A stretch of DNA of 63,253 bases from Thermoplasmata archaeon (GCA_038880255.1 JAVZSA010000002.1:1-63253); one strand, 5' to 3'; counted from the stretch's first letter, positions 1 through 10,201 are shown. The notes: a model not told the origin generated them from the letters alone. Made by a program: numbers and translations.

Positions 1-131
1 CAGCCTGTGGCATTAACAACAATTGTTTTTGGACCGGAAACCTTTAAAACCCATTTTACAATAATAGGTGCAGCACAACCTGCACATGCTCTGTGACCTG
101 GTGCAAAAAATTCAAAATCTTCATAATTCAT
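1..131 (-). CDS. porB: 2-oxoacid (pyruvate-type):ferredoxin oxidoreductase beta (TPP) subunit, 5' part only; gene runs off the left edge
   Basis: Not in the ORF track. My translation of the minus strand from ATG 131..129 gives MNYEDFEFFAPGHRACAGCGAPIIVKWVLKVSGPKTIVVNATG. The GHxACxGCG motif matches the paralogue at 56131 (GHTACLGCGA). ATGA overlap with the porA stop. Confidence 0.8.
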   Translation of the reverse strand, partial: MNYEDFEFFAPGHRACAGCAAPIIVKWVLKVSGPKTIVVNATG

Positions 132-1327
132 AAGGATCCCTCCACTTCTTTAACTGCCTCTTCATCCACATCTATCCAATTTATTTCTTTAAATTTGCCA
201 TTTATTGCATTTTTGGCAATTTTATAAATATTTTCAAAGGTTTCAATTTTCACGTCCCTTCCACCTAATCCTGTTATGAAGTCCATTATTATGGGTCTAT
301 CTTTTTCCCTATTGTAACTTGCCACTATTTCAGTAAATAATGCACCAGCAAATCCTGGACTTATGTTTCTATCAACTACAGCTAATACCTTTGCATTTTT
401 CGTAATAGATATAATCTCATCCTTAGGGAAAGGTCTGTAAACAGTAATTTTAACAAGCCCTACTTTCTCACCATTTTCCCTAAGTTTCCTAACGGAATCC
501 CTTGCTGTACCTGTCATTGAACCCATAGTAATGAAAATTATATCAGCATCATCCGACATAAAACCTGATACTTTAGAATATTTTCTTTTAAATCTAGAAT
601 TAAATTCTTCAAAAACATTGTCTATTACTTTTTTTGCATGTTCCATTGCTATAAACTGTGAATATCTAATTTCAATATAATGTTCAGGAAAAACAAAGGA
701 TCCGAATGTGGATGGTTTTTCTGGATCCAATATTGGATAATTTATCTTTTTTTCACCCAAGAATTCGTCCACATCTTTTTGGTCAGGAACATTTACAGGT
801 TCCATTGTATGTGTCAAAACAAATGCATCCATTCCCATTAATGCAGGCAAAAGTACATTTTCATTTTCTGCTACTTTAAAGGCAATAAGTGTTAGGTCAA
901 GTGCTTCCTGATTTGTTTCTGCATAAAATTGTATCCAACCGGAATCTCTTTCAGCAATTGTATCTTGATGATCTGCCCAAATATTGACTGGAGCACTAAG
1001 TGCCCTATTACCTATTGCCATAACAATTGGAAGTCTCATCCCACTTGCAATAAATAGCATTTCATGCATAAGTGCTAGCCCTTGACTTGCAGTGGCTGTC
1101 ATTGCCCTTACCCCAGTTGCAGCAGCACCAATTGCTGCCGATAATGCAGAATGTTCACTTTCAACAGGTAAAAATTCAGCATCCATTTCTCCATTTGCAA
1201 TCAATTCTGAAATCTTTTCAGGAAATAATGTTGATGGAGTAATAGGATATGCTGGAATCACCTTAACCCTTGCAAGTTTTGCCGCATATGCGGTACTTTC
1301 ATTCCCTCTTAACATCATCATTGGCAT
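128..1327 (-). CDS. porA: 2-oxoacid (pyruvate-type):ferredoxin oxidoreductase alpha subunit
   Basis: ORF 128..1348. Motifs AYPITPST, VESEHSA, TATASQGLALMHE, WADHQD. Start probably at the Met just after the porD stop (1327), which gives MPMMMLRGNES, parallel to the paralogue's MMKMLTGNYS. Confidence 0.9.
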   Translation of the reverse strand: MPMMMLRGNESTAYAAKLARVKVIPAYPITPSTLFPEKISELIANGEMDAEFLPVESEHSALSAAIGAAATGVRAMTATASQGLALMHEMLFIASGMRLPIVMAIGNRALSAPVNIWADHQDTIAERDSGWIQFYAETNQEALDLTLIAFKVAENENVLLPALMGMDAFVLTHTMEPVNVPDQKDVDEFLGEKKINYPILDPEKPSTFGSFVFPEHYIEIRYSQFIAMEHAKKVIDNVFEEFNSRFKRKYSKVSGFMSDDADIIFITMGSMTGTARDSVRKLRENGEKVGLVKITVYRPFPKDEIISITKNAKVLAVVDRNISPGFAGALFTEIVASYNREKDRPIIMDFITGLGGRDVKIETFENIYKIAKNAINGKFKEINWIDVDEEAVKEVEGSL

Positions 1328-1328
1328 A

Positions 1329-1643
1329 TTATTTTTCCTCCCTGACAAAATCTATTGCCTTTGTTGGGCATTCATTAACACATATTCCACATCCTTTACA
1401 ATAATTATAATTGATAACTGGAACTGGCATTTTTATAAGTTTTGGATTTGCCACAGGATAGTTTTCACCCTCTTTCTTTTCTATAGCAGGTTCTGGACAA
1501 AAGTTCCAACATATCATACACCTAATACATTTTTCATATCGAATGACTGGCCTAAATGTTCGCCATGATCCAGTTTCTTCAAGAGCTGTACTTCCGGGTT
1601 CAATTATTGTTGCTCCCCTACTTATTTTCATTATAATCACCAT
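1329..1643 (-). CDS. porD: 2-oxoacid:ferredoxin oxidoreductase delta subunit (2x[4Fe-4S] ferredoxin-like)
   Basis: 104 aa. GSWRTFRPV, then [12 protein letters not shown] and [12 protein letters not shown] cluster motifs. Overlaps porG and porA. Confidence 0.9.
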   Translation of the reverse strand: MVIIMKISRGATIIEPGSTALEETGSWRTFRPVIRYEKCIRCMICWNFCPEPAIEKKEGENYPVANPKLIKMPVPVINYNYCKGCGICVNECPTKAIDFVREEK

Positions 1644-2197
1644 CCTAAAATTGTTCTATTATAAGATTCCAATGCAGCTTTAGCATTTTCTTCTGGTTTT
1701 GTTGGTGCACTTTCTTTTATGGCACGAACAACACTCTCTATCTTAACATTACCTACAGCTTTGGAATATGCACCAAGAATAGCAGTATTAACAATTGGCG
1801 AAGATTTTGATCCTAACCCTAAATTAACAGCAACATCTGTAGCATCTACAACCGCAACCTTAAAGTTTTTAAAATTAAATTCTTCAGGTTTTTTCTGCGT
1901 ATTAAGTATTATATAACCACCATTTTTAAGACCTTTTAAAACATCCACCTTATCCATTAAGGATGTATCTAATATTACAATAGCATCTGGGTTATATATA
2001 TACATTTTTATGTCTATCTTTTTCTGATCAATTCTTGTATAAGCTTCCACAGGTGCGCCTCTTCTTTCCACACCAAAAAATGGGAAAGACTGTACATCAT
2101 TTCCTTCATAAAAAGCTGCAGTGGCAAGAATATTAGCAGCAGTAACTGCTCCTTGACCACCTCTACCATGAAATCTAACTTCAAACATAGCAACCAC
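1637..2197 (-). CDS. porG: 2-oxoacid:ferredoxin oxidoreductase gamma subunit
   Basis: 186 aa. [21 protein letters not shown] and [10 protein letters not shown] are typical of the gamma subunit. First gene of the porGDAB order. Confidence 0.9.
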   Translation of the reverse strand: MVAMFEVRFHGRGGQGAVTAANILATAAFYEGNDVQSFPFFGVERRGAPVEAYTRIDQKKIDIKMYIYNPDAIVILDTSLMDKVDVLKGLKNGGYIILNTQKKPEEFNFKNFKVAVVDATDVAVNLGLGSKSSPIVNTAILGAYSKAVGNVKIESVVRAIKESAPTKPEENAKAALESYNRTILGW

Positions 2198-2266
2198 ATT
2201 GTTATTTCAAATATAAATATTTTCAAAATCAAAAATACTATATTAACAAAAGTAATACTGTTTACC

Positions 2267-3511
2267 ATGAAGGATTATTTTACTATGGATGATTTTGATT
2301 TTAAAGGAAAGCGCGTCCTAGTAAGACTTGATCTAAATTCACCTGTAAACGTGGAAACAGGTGAAATTCTTGATACATCAAGGTTTAATGCACATTTAGA
2401 AACGTTAAAAAGATTGGGGGAGTCAAAGGTAGTTATTTTAGCACATCAATCAAGACCAGGAAAAAAGGACTTTTTAACAACAAAAAGACATGCTGAGGTA
2501 CTTTCAAGACTTTTAAGGAGACCTGTTGAATATGTGGATGGACTTTTTGAATCATTTGTAATTGAAAAAATTAAATCTATGAAGAACGGGGATATGATAA
2601 TGTTAGAAAATACTAGATTCTATTCTGAGGATGTGGTTTTGGCAGATGAACCAATTTCAATTCAGAAAAGATCCCATATTGTAAAAAGGCTATCTCCACT
2701 TTTTGATTATTTTATTAATGATGCATTTGCAGCTATTCATAGACCACAAACTACACTTGTAGGATTTGCTGAGGATATTCCGAACATTGCTGGTGCTTTA
2801 ATGGATAAAGAAATAACAATGCTTTCAAAGTTTTTATTTGATAACTCTAGGCCAAAATTTGCCGTATTAGCTGGAGCAAAGGTGGATGACTCCCTTAAAG
2901 TGGCAAAAAATTTTCTAGAAAAGGGTATTGTTGACAAAATATTTACAGGGGGACTTGTTTCAAATCTTTTCCTAGTTTCAAGGGGTATTGATATCGGAAA
3001 TGTCAATATTGAAACACTTAAAAGAGAATTGGGTAATATTGAACCTTTACTTTCTATTTGCAAAGAATTAAATGAGAAATATGGAGATAAGATTGTAATC
3101 CCCGATAGTTTTGCAATAAAAAAGGATGGCCATAGATATGAAATAGATATATCCGAACTACCTGTAAATGATCCAATAATGGATATTGGATTACAAACAG
3201 TTGCAAAATACTCAGATATGCTTAAAGAAGCAAAGGCAATAATATTGAATGGCCCAATGGGTGTATATGAATTGGAGGAATTTTCAATAGGAACTGAAGA
3301 AATTTTTAGAACAATTGCAAATATTAATTGTTTTAAAGTAGCAGGTGGTGGTCATACAATATCTATGATTTCAAAGCTTGAACTAAACAAAAAATTCACT
3401 CATGTAAGCGTTGGTGGGGGTGCATTAATAAACTTTTTATCCGGTGAAAGTATGCCAGGATTGGAAGCTTTAAAATTATCAAAAAATAAATTCCAGGGGA
3501 TGATGAAATGA
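2267..3511 (+). CDS. pgk: phosphoglycerate kinase
   Basis: ORF 2153..3511. From Met39 (ATG 2267) it reads MKDYFTMDDFDFKGKRVLVRLDLNSPV, later HQSRPG, NDAFAAIHR, GGGHT, VGGGA. The upstream part of the ORF is AT-rich promoter read-through. Confidence 0.9.
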   Translation: MKDYFTMDDFDFKGKRVLVRLDLNSPVNVETGEILDTSRFNAHLETLKRLGESKVVILAHQSRPGKKDFLTTKRHAEVLSRLLRRPVEYVDGLFESFVIEKIKSMKNGDMIMLENTRFYSEDVVLADEPISIQKRSHIVKRLSPLFDYFINDAFAAIHRPQTTLVGFAEDIPNIAGALMDKEITMLSKFLFDNSRPKFAVLAGAKVDDSLKVAKNFLEKGIVDKIFTGGLVSNLFLVSRGIDIGNVNIETLKRELGNIEPLLSICKELNEKYGDKIVIPDSFAIKKDGHRYEIDISELPVNDPIMDIGLQTVAKYSDMLKEAKAIILNGPMGVYELEEFSIGTEEIFRTIANINCFKVAGGGHTISMISKLELNKKFTHVSVGGGALINFLSGESMPGLEALKLSKNKFQGMMK

Positions 3512-3753
3512 AAATTTATAGAGTGATTGGAAATTATAGGCAAGGAAAAAAATTAATTAGAATTACAAAAGAAATAGCTGCTAAAAATAAACAAGAAGCA
3601 GAGGAATACTTTTATTCTTTTTTAGGCAGTGTTTATGGAAAAAATAGAAGGGAAATAAATATTGAAGATGCCTATTCTATTCCATTAAAGGAGGCAACTG
3701 ACCCAAGAGCAAGATATAAAATCAATAAACTTGGTGGTGAACATGGAGAATGA
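3508..3753 (+). CDS. rplX: 50S ribosomal protein LX (L18Ae/L20A family)
   Basis: 81 aa. MKIYRVIGNYRQGKK..TKEI.A....EA.E..YS.LGS fits the archaeal LX pattern. The conserved archaeal order LX-prefoldin alpha-FtsY follows. ATGA overlap with pgk. Confidence 0.7.
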   Translation: MKIYRVIGNYRQGKKLIRITKEIAAKNKQEAEEYFYSFLGSVYGKNRREINIEDAYSIPLKEATDPRARYKINKLGGEHGE

Positions 3754-4180
3754 GAAAACAATAGATAACCTTTTGGCCACTGCAGAACTTTTAAAAAAAC
3801 ATATTGAAAATTTAAATGTGCAGATTGCATATGTGAAGGAACAGATCGATGATCATAATAGGGCTAAAATAACATTAGAAAATTATCTTAAAATTCAGGA
3901 AAATGAGGTTTTGGTAAATGTGGGTGCAGATACATTTCTTTATTTAAATGTAAATGAAAAAAAGAGGGCAATGATTCCTCTGGGGAGTGGTATAGTAATA
4001 GAAAGTAGTATAGAGAGGGCAATTGAAATGTTAAATTCTAGAATAAAGGATATGAATGATATATATTCAAAATTATTGCAGGAAAACGACAAGGCTCAAA
4101 GCCAGTATCTGGCAATTGAAAAAAGAATAGAAGAAATATACAGGGAATATCAAGGTAAGGAAAATGTTCAAAATCCTTAA
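3743..4180 (+). CDS. pfdA: prefoldin alpha subunit
   Basis: About 145 aa. Coiled-coil N and C arms flank a beta-hairpin core (VLVNVGADTFLYLNV...IPLGSGIVIE). ATG 3743 is preceded by GGTGGTGA. Sits between LX and ftsY. Confidence 0.75.
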   Translation: MENEKTIDNLLATAELLKKHIENLNVQIAYVKEQIDDHNRAKITLENYLKIQENEVLVNVGADTFLYLNVNEKKRAMIPLGSGIVIESSIERAIEMLNSRIKDMNDIYSKLLQENDKAQSQYLAIEKRIEEIYREYQGKENVQNP

Positions 4181-5099
4181 AGAAAAACTCAATATTTTTA
4201 AGAAAAAATTAAGCGAAGAAGTATCTTTAGAGGAGTCACAAGGTATTTTTGGGAAAAAAATAAGTGAAAAAAGGCTGGATGAAATATTAGATGAATTTGA
4301 AATTTCTCTTTTAGAGGCTGATGTGGCCTATGATGTGGCTGAAGAAATTAGGTCTAAAATAAAAGAAAATTTGTTGAGTTTAAAAATAAAAATTGGTGTT
4401 GATCCTGAAAAGTTAGTGGAGAAAGTATTAAAGGATACTATATTAAGTATTCTTTCTACTAACAACTTCGATTTAATGGAGAATATAGAAAAATCTGAAA
4501 AACCATATGTGATAATGTTTTTGGGAATAAATGGAACAGGGAAAACGACTACCATAGCAAAGATAGCAAAATTACTATTAGAAAAGAATTTAATTCCTGT
4601 TATTGCCGCAGCAGATACCTTTAGAGCAGGTGCAATAGAACAACTTGAATATCATGCAAATAAATTAAATATTACTCTCATAAAGCATATGCCAGGTAGC
4701 GATCCTGCAAGTGTAGCATATGATGCAATAGCCCATTCAAAGGCAAGAAAAAAAGATGTTGTCCTCATAGATACTGCAGGAAGGATGCAAACAAATAAAA
4801 ATTTAATGGAAGAGATGAAAAAGATAAAGAGAGTAGCAAAACCTAATCATACAATTTTCGTGGGTGATGCTCTAGCAGGAAATGATATTATCAATCAAGC
4901 AAAATCCTTCGATGAAAATGTAGGATTTGATTCAATAATACTTTGTAAAATTGATGCAGATTCAAAGGGAGGGGCTGCAATAAGCCTTTCTTTTGAATTA
5001 AAAAAGCCAATAATTTATTTGGGAACAGGCCAAGATTACAAAGACCTTATAAAATTTGATCCAAAATTTATTTTAGAAAAAATTTTTAACAATATTTAA
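4164..5099 (+). CDS. ftsY: signal recognition particle receptor FtsY
   Basis: 311 aa. GINGTGKTTTIAKIA (G1), DTFRAGA, DTAGRMQ, KIDADSKGG are SRP-GTPase motifs. Confidence 0.9.
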   Translation: MFKILKEKLNIFKKKLSEEVSLEESQGIFGKKISEKRLDEILDEFEISLLEADVAYDVAEEIRSKIKENLLSLKIKIGVDPEKLVEKVLKDTILSILSTNNFDLMENIEKSEKPYVIMFLGINGTGKTTTIAKIAKLLLEKNLIPVIAAADTFRAGAIEQLEYHANKLNITLIKHMPGSDPASVAYDAIAHSKARKKDVVLIDTAGRMQTNKNLMEEMKKIKRVAKPNHTIFVGDALAGNDIINQAKSFDENVGFDSIILCKIDADSKGGAAISLSFELKKPIIYLGTGQDYKDLIKFDPKFILEKIFNNI

Positions 5100-6234
5100 T
5101 TTTAAATTTATTTCTAAAAGCTATTACTTCTCTAGATACATTCTTATTTAATGCTGAAATAATTAATTCTGAAAGTTTTTCTACATCTTTTTCCTTAAAT
5201 CCTAACCTAGTAATTTCATTAGTCCCCATTCTACCCACACAATCGATTATAATTCTTGACTTTTCTAAAATATGGCACAAATCCTTATTTTTTAATAATA
5301 TTTGATGTGATTCTGTGTATTTTCCATCAAATTTTTTAACACCAAAATTATTTTCATCCAATAATTTTGACAAATACTTAGCATTTTTAATTACATTTTT
5401 TGCATATTCTTCACCAAACTTTTGCATTTCAATGGAAGCCTGTACTAAAGCTGCTAACCTATTGAGATGATAATTATCCATTGTTCTCCAAACAACATTT
5501 TTTCTTATTTTTTCAATAAGATAATCATCATTAGTAAGAATTATTCCCCCCTGAGGGCCGAAAAATGATTTATGTGTAGATCCATAAACAATTGATGAAT
5601 ATTTAAAAATGTCTTTTTGAAATTCCTTTCCTGCAATTAATCCCATTACATGGGAAGCATCATAAATTATTTTAAACGAAAATTTTTCCGAAAGTTCATA
5701 TATAAATTTTAGATCATAGGGAAACAAAAAGTAACTTGCTCCAAGAACCAATAAATTAGGCATGAATTTTTTAATCTCAATTTCCAGATTTTCATAATCT
5801 ATATTCCAAGTCTTTTCATTGAATGGTATTGGTTTATATTTTAGTGAGAGTATATCTGGTAAATATTTCTCTGAATATCCATCATACCCTCCATGTTCTG
5901 GCGGTATTGCCATAATCTTTCCATTTTTTTCGACTGATGATAAAAGAGAGATCATTGCTGCAATATGTCCTGAAAGTGGTCTTATTTCAGAATATTTAAC
6001 ATTAAATAAAGATTTAACAATATTTTCTCCATTAAAAATTATTTCATCTATATATTTTGTTCCACCATATGCATTCTTACCATTATCCAACAAAAGTGAA
6101 TATCTGGAAGCAAGATCTGTACCTAAAATTTGTAAAACTTTTTTGCTTAGGATATTTTCACTTGGTAAAAGATTTAATGAATTTAAACGATATTTCGTAT
6201 GTTTTTTTACCAAAATATAAGGATCAAATTTCAT
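5086..6234 (-). CDS. glyA: serine hydroxymethyltransferase family protein (divergent, short)
   Basis: 382 aa. LLPSENILS, RPLSGHIAAM and the PLP-lysine motif GSTHKSFFGPQGG follow the SHMT layout. Several consensus blocks are diverged. Confidence 0.7.
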   Translation of the reverse strand: MKFDPYILVKKHTKYRLNSLNLLPSENILSKKVLQILGTDLASRYSLLLDNGKNAYGGTKYIDEIIFNGENIVKSLFNVKYSEIRPLSGHIAAMISLLSSVEKNGKIMAIPPEHGGYDGYSEKYLPDILSLKYKPIPFNEKTWNIDYENLEIEIKKFMPNLLVLGASYFLFPYDLKFIYELSEKFSFKIIYDASHVMGLIAGKEFQKDIFKYSSIVYGSTHKSFFGPQGGIILTNDDYLIEKIRKNVVWRTMDNYHLNRLAALVQASIEMQKFGEEYAKNVIKNAKYLSKLLDENNFGVKKFDGKYTESHQILLKNKDLCHILEKSRIIIDCVGRMGTNEITRLGFKEKDVEKLSELIISALNKNVSREVIAFRNKFKIKYC

Positions 6235-6395
6235 TTTTTTGTAAATTGATCTTCAAGTTCTGTATTGAGATGATTTAACAATTCTTCAATACTTTCACTT
6301 TCAATAGTTGAAACATCTCCATTTGGTAATATAATCCTAGCTATGAAAGTATCACCGTCTTTAACAATTTCAACATCAAAAATTTTTTTCCTCAT
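6231..6395 (-). CDS. hypothetical small protein (54 aa), translationally coupled to glyA
   Basis: Below the ORF-track cutoff. My translation is MRKKIFDVEIVKDGDTFIARIILPNGDVSTIESESIEELLNHLNTELEDQFTKK. Its TGA overlaps the glyA ATG (ATGA). Confidence 0.35.
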   Translation of the reverse strand: MRKKIFDVEIVKDGDTFIARIILPNGDVSTIESESIEELLNHLNTELEDQFTKK

Positions 6396-6439
6396 TTTTC
6401 CCACTCCCAAAAAAATAATTTTTGGGGATTTTAATCCCC

Positions 6440-6724
6440 TTACCTTTTCAATGAAATTTCAATGGAAGAGACATTACTCTCCCTGTCTTCACTTTTTATT
6501 TTTTCAGTCCCAAGTGCTACTTCATACTTAAGATCATTCAAAAATCTATTTCTGACAATCTCTGCAATATCTACTGCCTTATTGATCGACTTCCCTCTTG
6601 CTTTTATAACTACATTTTTTGCACCATTGTTAAACTGCGTTACCACTGCTAGCACATAATTCATTGTCGGTTTCTTTCCCACATACACTACGTTTTCATC
6701 GCCTTTTCCTATGTTTTCTGGCAT
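6440..6724 (-). CDS. albA: DNA/RNA-binding protein Alba
   Basis: 94 aa. [51 protein letters not shown] is the Alba/Sso10b signature. Confidence 0.9.
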   Translation of the reverse strand: MPENIGKGDENVVYVGKKPTMNYVLAVVTQFNNGAKNVVIKARGKSINKAVDIAEIVRNRFLNDLKYEVALGTEKIKSEDRESNVSSIEISLKR

Positions 6725-6834
6725 AATAAAGACCTCCTTTGTTTGGTATTTACTTTTATGGGATAATAATACTTATACTTTTTGGTAGCAACATACAAAA
6801 TTTTAAAATAAACATACAATATATATTAAATTGA

Positions 6835-7947
6835 ATGGTAACATTAATAATAAGTGTGGACAGAGATAACGATGTGGGTAGGAAGACTGATGAAAATGGT
6901 CCTATCATTGGTAGGGAGAATAATTTAAGGGTGGCAAATAAGTTAATATTGGCTGATCCAGAAGACTCTGATGCAAATGCAATTTTTGGTGCAGTTTCCA
7001 TTTATGATTCTCTTAAAAAAGAAGGGAAAGATGTGGAAGTTATTACTTTAACAGGTGATATATCTGTTGGTATTAAAAGTGATCAAAAGATAAGAGATGA
7101 ATTGTTAAAAATAAAGGATGAAATTAAACCTACAGATGCTATACTTGTTAGTGATGGAGAAGAGGATGAATTTATTTTACCAATAATTACTTCTATTGTT
7201 CCTGTAATACATGTTAAAAGAATAATAGTGAAACAAAGTAAAGGTCTTGAATCATCTTATTACATTCTTGTTAGAGCGTTAAGAGATGAAAAAGTAGCAA
7301 GAAAAATTATGGTTCCCATTGCCTTGATTTTTTTGGCATATAGCGTTTCTGTATTTGGATTATTACTATGGAAATTTTACTTTCCTTCTTCATACTATCC
7401 AGATCCTGGTACCTTTGGAATTGCCTTTGTTCTTTTTACCCTAGGCCTTTACTTTCTTTTGAGGGGCTTTAGGGTAGGAACAAAAATTGAAAATGCATAT
7501 AATAAATTTAAAAAATCATTTATTGAAGCAAAAATTTCAATTACTTCCGATTTACTTGCAATCTTTATAATATTATTTGGTATAATCTCCTCATATGATA
7601 TTTCAATATATTCAAAACAATTATTTCCCTCCATTGCATTATTTTTCCAGAACCTAGTATTATGGATAGTTTTAGCAGTTGTTGTGAGGGAAGCTGGGAT
7701 CGCTATGGATATATTTTTACATAAGAAAGGAAAAATAAGAAATTATCTTATTGGACTCTCCTTAGTAATAGGTTTAGGAATTCTTGTTTATGGTTCAATA
7801 ATGTATATTAGAGTTCTCCTTTCATATATACCCCAAAATTTTAATGAACCAAGTCTAATAATTATTGCAATGGGATTGGTACTATCTATTTTTTCATCTG
7901 TGATGGGAAGAATTCTTTATGAGGAGGAAAAGGATGAATTACAATGA
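6835..7947 (+). CDS. conserved archaeal membrane protein (DUF373-like)
   Basis: 370 aa. Soluble N-domain (ISVDRDNDVG...ADPEDSDANAIFGA...SDGEEDE) followed by several hydrophobic helices. The family assignment is from memory. Confidence 0.6.
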   Translation: MVTLIISVDRDNDVGRKTDENGPIIGRENNLRVANKLILADPEDSDANAIFGAVSIYDSLKKEGKDVEVITLTGDISVGIKSDQKIRDELLKIKDEIKPTDAILVSDGEEDEFILPIITSIVPVIHVKRIIVKQSKGLESSYYILVRALRDEKVARKIMVPIALIFLAYSVSVFGLLLWKFYFPSSYYPDPGTFGIAFVLFTLGLYFLLRGFRVGTKIENAYNKFKKSFIEAKISITSDLLAIFIILFGIISSYDISIYSKQLFPSIALFFQNLVLWIVLAVVVREAGIAMDIFLHKKGKIRNYLIGLSLVIGLGILVYGSIMYIRVLLSYIPQNFNEPSLIIIAMGLVLSIFSSVMGRILYEEEKDELQ

Positions 7948-8593
7948 TTGGAAAAAATATTATAAGAAATTATTAATTGAATTTAATTTTAGTGAAAAAA
8001 AAGATATGAAAAGTGCAGAGTTATTATCTTCATTACTTGAAAATAAATTTTTAAAATTAGATGAACTAAAAACAATTATTAATGGGAAAAAAATTTTTGT
8101 GTTAGGAGATTCGCCATATTTTTCTCTTAGTCCATCAATGATTGAAGGAAAGGTAATAATTTCAGCAGATGATGCAACGAAAAAGATATTAGAATTGGGT
8201 TATAAGCCGGATATAGTAATCACAGATCTCGATTCACCAAATAGATTGATAATGGAAGCATCAATGATGGGATCCATAATAGGAGTTCATGCTCATGGAG
8301 ATAACATTGAGAAATTGAAAATTGTTGAAAGCTTTGAATTAAGATTTGGAACAACCCAAGCTTTTCCTCTTTGGAACGTTTACAATTTTGGAGGATTTAC
8401 TGATGGGGACAGAGCTGTTTTTCTGGCTGAACATTTTAAACCACGATCAATAACAATAGCTGGCTTTAATTTTTATGATCCAAATATGTCTAAAGGAAAG
8501 GACATTTATAAGAAATTTAAAAAATTAATTTTTTCAAAATATTTGTTAGAAGAACTTATTAGAAGAAGTGAAGTTAAAATTGAAATAATATAG
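7934..8593 (+). CDS. 6-hydroxymethylpterin diphosphokinase MptE-like protein (DUF115)
   Basis: ITDLDSP and GVHAHGDN motifs as in archaeal MptE. ATG 7934 is preceded by GAGGAGGAAAAGG. Overlaps the upstream gene end. Confidence 0.6.
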   Translation: MNYNDWKKYYKKLLIEFNFSEKKDMKSAELLSSLLENKFLKLDELKTIINGKKIFVLGDSPYFSLSPSMIEGKVIISADDATKKILELGYKPDIVITDLDSPNRLIMEASMMGSIIGVHAHGDNIEKLKIVESFELRFGTTQAFPLWNVYNFGGFTDGDRAVFLAEHFKPRSITIAGFNFYDPNMSKGKDIYKKFKKLIFSKYLLEELIRRSEVKIEII

Positions 8594-8673
8594 AATTTCT
8601 CTCTTAATTTTAAAAAATTTATTTAAGGATATTTTCCTGTATGCTTATTATTCTAATTTAAAAATATAATAAA

Positions 8674-8696
8674 TTATTAATAAATTTTATTAATAA
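8674..8696. repeat. two tandem copies of the perfect 10-bp palindrome TTATTAATAA separated by 3 nt
   Basis: Read directly at 8674..8683 and 8687..8696, in the intergenic region upstream of nnr. Confidence 0.5.
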
Positions 8697-8763
8697 TGAA
8701 ATATATAAATATCTATAAAAATTTTCATGTGATTTTAAATATTTAAAATAAATTACATAAACT

Positions 8764-10173
8764 ATGTATAAAATGTTAGATGCAAGAATATTGGATAAAA
8801 ATGCTGAATATTTAGGTCTTAATTTAGAGAAATTTATGGATAATGCAGGTATTGCAGTTGCCAATACTGTATTATCAATGAATGCAGATAAAATTTTAGT
8901 GGTTTGCGGTAGTGGAAACAATGGTGGTGATGGTTATGTATCTGCTATTCATCTAAAAAAAATAGGAAAAAAAGTCGATATATTAAAGGTTAAGGAACCA
9001 AAAAGCCCATTATGTATAAAAAAATATAATGATGCAATTTCAAATAATATTAATTTTGTTGAGGATCCAGATTTTTCACAATATGATGTCATTGTTGATG
9101 CAATGTTAGGTATAGGTATTTCAAAAACACCGGAAGAACCCTATAAAACAATAATCGAAAAAATGAATAGGTATGGAAAAAAAATAGTTTCTGTTGATGT
9201 TCCAACTGGTATTGGTACATCTTTACAGGTAAACCCACATATTACAGTTACAATGCAATTTATGAAAGAAGAGATGAATAAGGAAAATTCAGGAGAGATT
9301 ATTGTTGCAGATGTAGGTTTTCCTAAAGAGGTAATAGAAATGATAGGGCCTGGAGATTTTTTAGCTTACAAAGAAAATGCATCTTCCAGCCATAAGGGAG
9401 AGAATGGTGTACTTATAGCAATAGCTGGAAGTATTGAATATTACGGCGCACCCATTTACATGGTTAAGGGTGCCTTAAGGACTGGTGTAGATCTTGTTTT
9501 TCTATTTTCACCGTCAAAAATCCATAACTATATCTCATCAGCTACCTATGATATAATACTTAGGAAAAGTGGTGAGAATTATATTGAATACACTAATGAA
9601 ATGGATGATTTAATAACAAACAAATCAACAGCAATTTCATTGGGGTGTGGTATTGGAAAAAATGAAAAATCATTGGAAAGCTCAATAAAAATTATAGAGA
9701 GAGCTTTAAAAATAAAAAAACCCATTGTAATTGATGCTGATGCCCTTTATGCAGTAAGTAATTTTGATGATTTCTCAAGGAATGCAGTAATAACACCGCA
9801 CCGTGGAGAATTTAAAAAATTGTTTTCGCTTGATCCTGATGAAAATAATGTTGTAAAAGTGGCTAAAAAATATTCTTTAGTGATACTATTAAAGGGGCCG
9901 ATAGATATAGTTACAGATGGGGAAATAGTCAAAAAAAATAGGGAATTTCATCATCCAAGTATGACAAGAGGTGGAACTGGAGATATATTAACTGGTGTTG
10001 TTGGTGGACTGCTTTCTAGAGGAATTGATCCATTACATTCAGCATCGTTGGGCAGTTTTATATCTGGGAGTGCAGGCAAAATTACATATGAAGAAAAGGG
10101 AAATTCTTATTATACATCAGAAATTTTGAAAAATATTCCAAAAATATTTAAAAAATATTACAATAATTTTTAA
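8764..10173 (+). CDS. nnr: bifunctional NAD(P)H-hydrate repair enzyme (epimerase/ADP-dependent dehydratase)
   Basis: 469 aa. N-terminal YjeF_N motif CGSGNNGGDGYV. C-terminal carbohydrate-kinase motifs HKGENG and GGTGDILTG. Confidence 0.85.
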   Translation: MYKMLDARILDKNAEYLGLNLEKFMDNAGIAVANTVLSMNADKILVVCGSGNNGGDGYVSAIHLKKIGKKVDILKVKEPKSPLCIKKYNDAISNNINFVEDPDFSQYDVIVDAMLGIGISKTPEEPYKTIIEKMNRYGKKIVSVDVPTGIGTSLQVNPHITVTMQFMKEEMNKENSGEIIVADVGFPKEVIEMIGPGDFLAYKENASSSHKGENGVLIAIAGSIEYYGAPIYMVKGALRTGVDLVFLFSPSKIHNYISSATYDIILRKSGENYIEYTNEMDDLITNKSTAISLGCGIGKNEKSLESSIKIIERALKIKKPIVIDADALYAVSNFDDFSRNAVITPHRGEFKKLFSLDPDENNVVKVAKKYSLVILLKGPIDIVTDGEIVKKNREFHHPSMTRGGTGDILTGVVGGLLSRGIDPLHSASLGSFISGSAGKITYEEKGNSYYTSEILKNIPKIFKKYYNNF

Positions 10174-10201
10174 TATCAAGTTATTTATTCTATTAAATTA
10201 G

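Noticed and set aside
1092-1568. 158-aa + strand ORF, and similar long antisense ORFs in the track (e.g. 16028..16564, 18928..19122, 20608..21072, 24970..25326, 35102..35395, 52074..52550, 59088..59378)
   Set aside because: Each lies entirely opposite a strongly supported conserved gene (porA/porD, ahcY, polD, aCPSF1, nuoL, Sm/coiled-coil gene, iorB). Each has low-complexity Ser/Ile/Phe-rich composition typical of shadow frames in AT-rich DNA.
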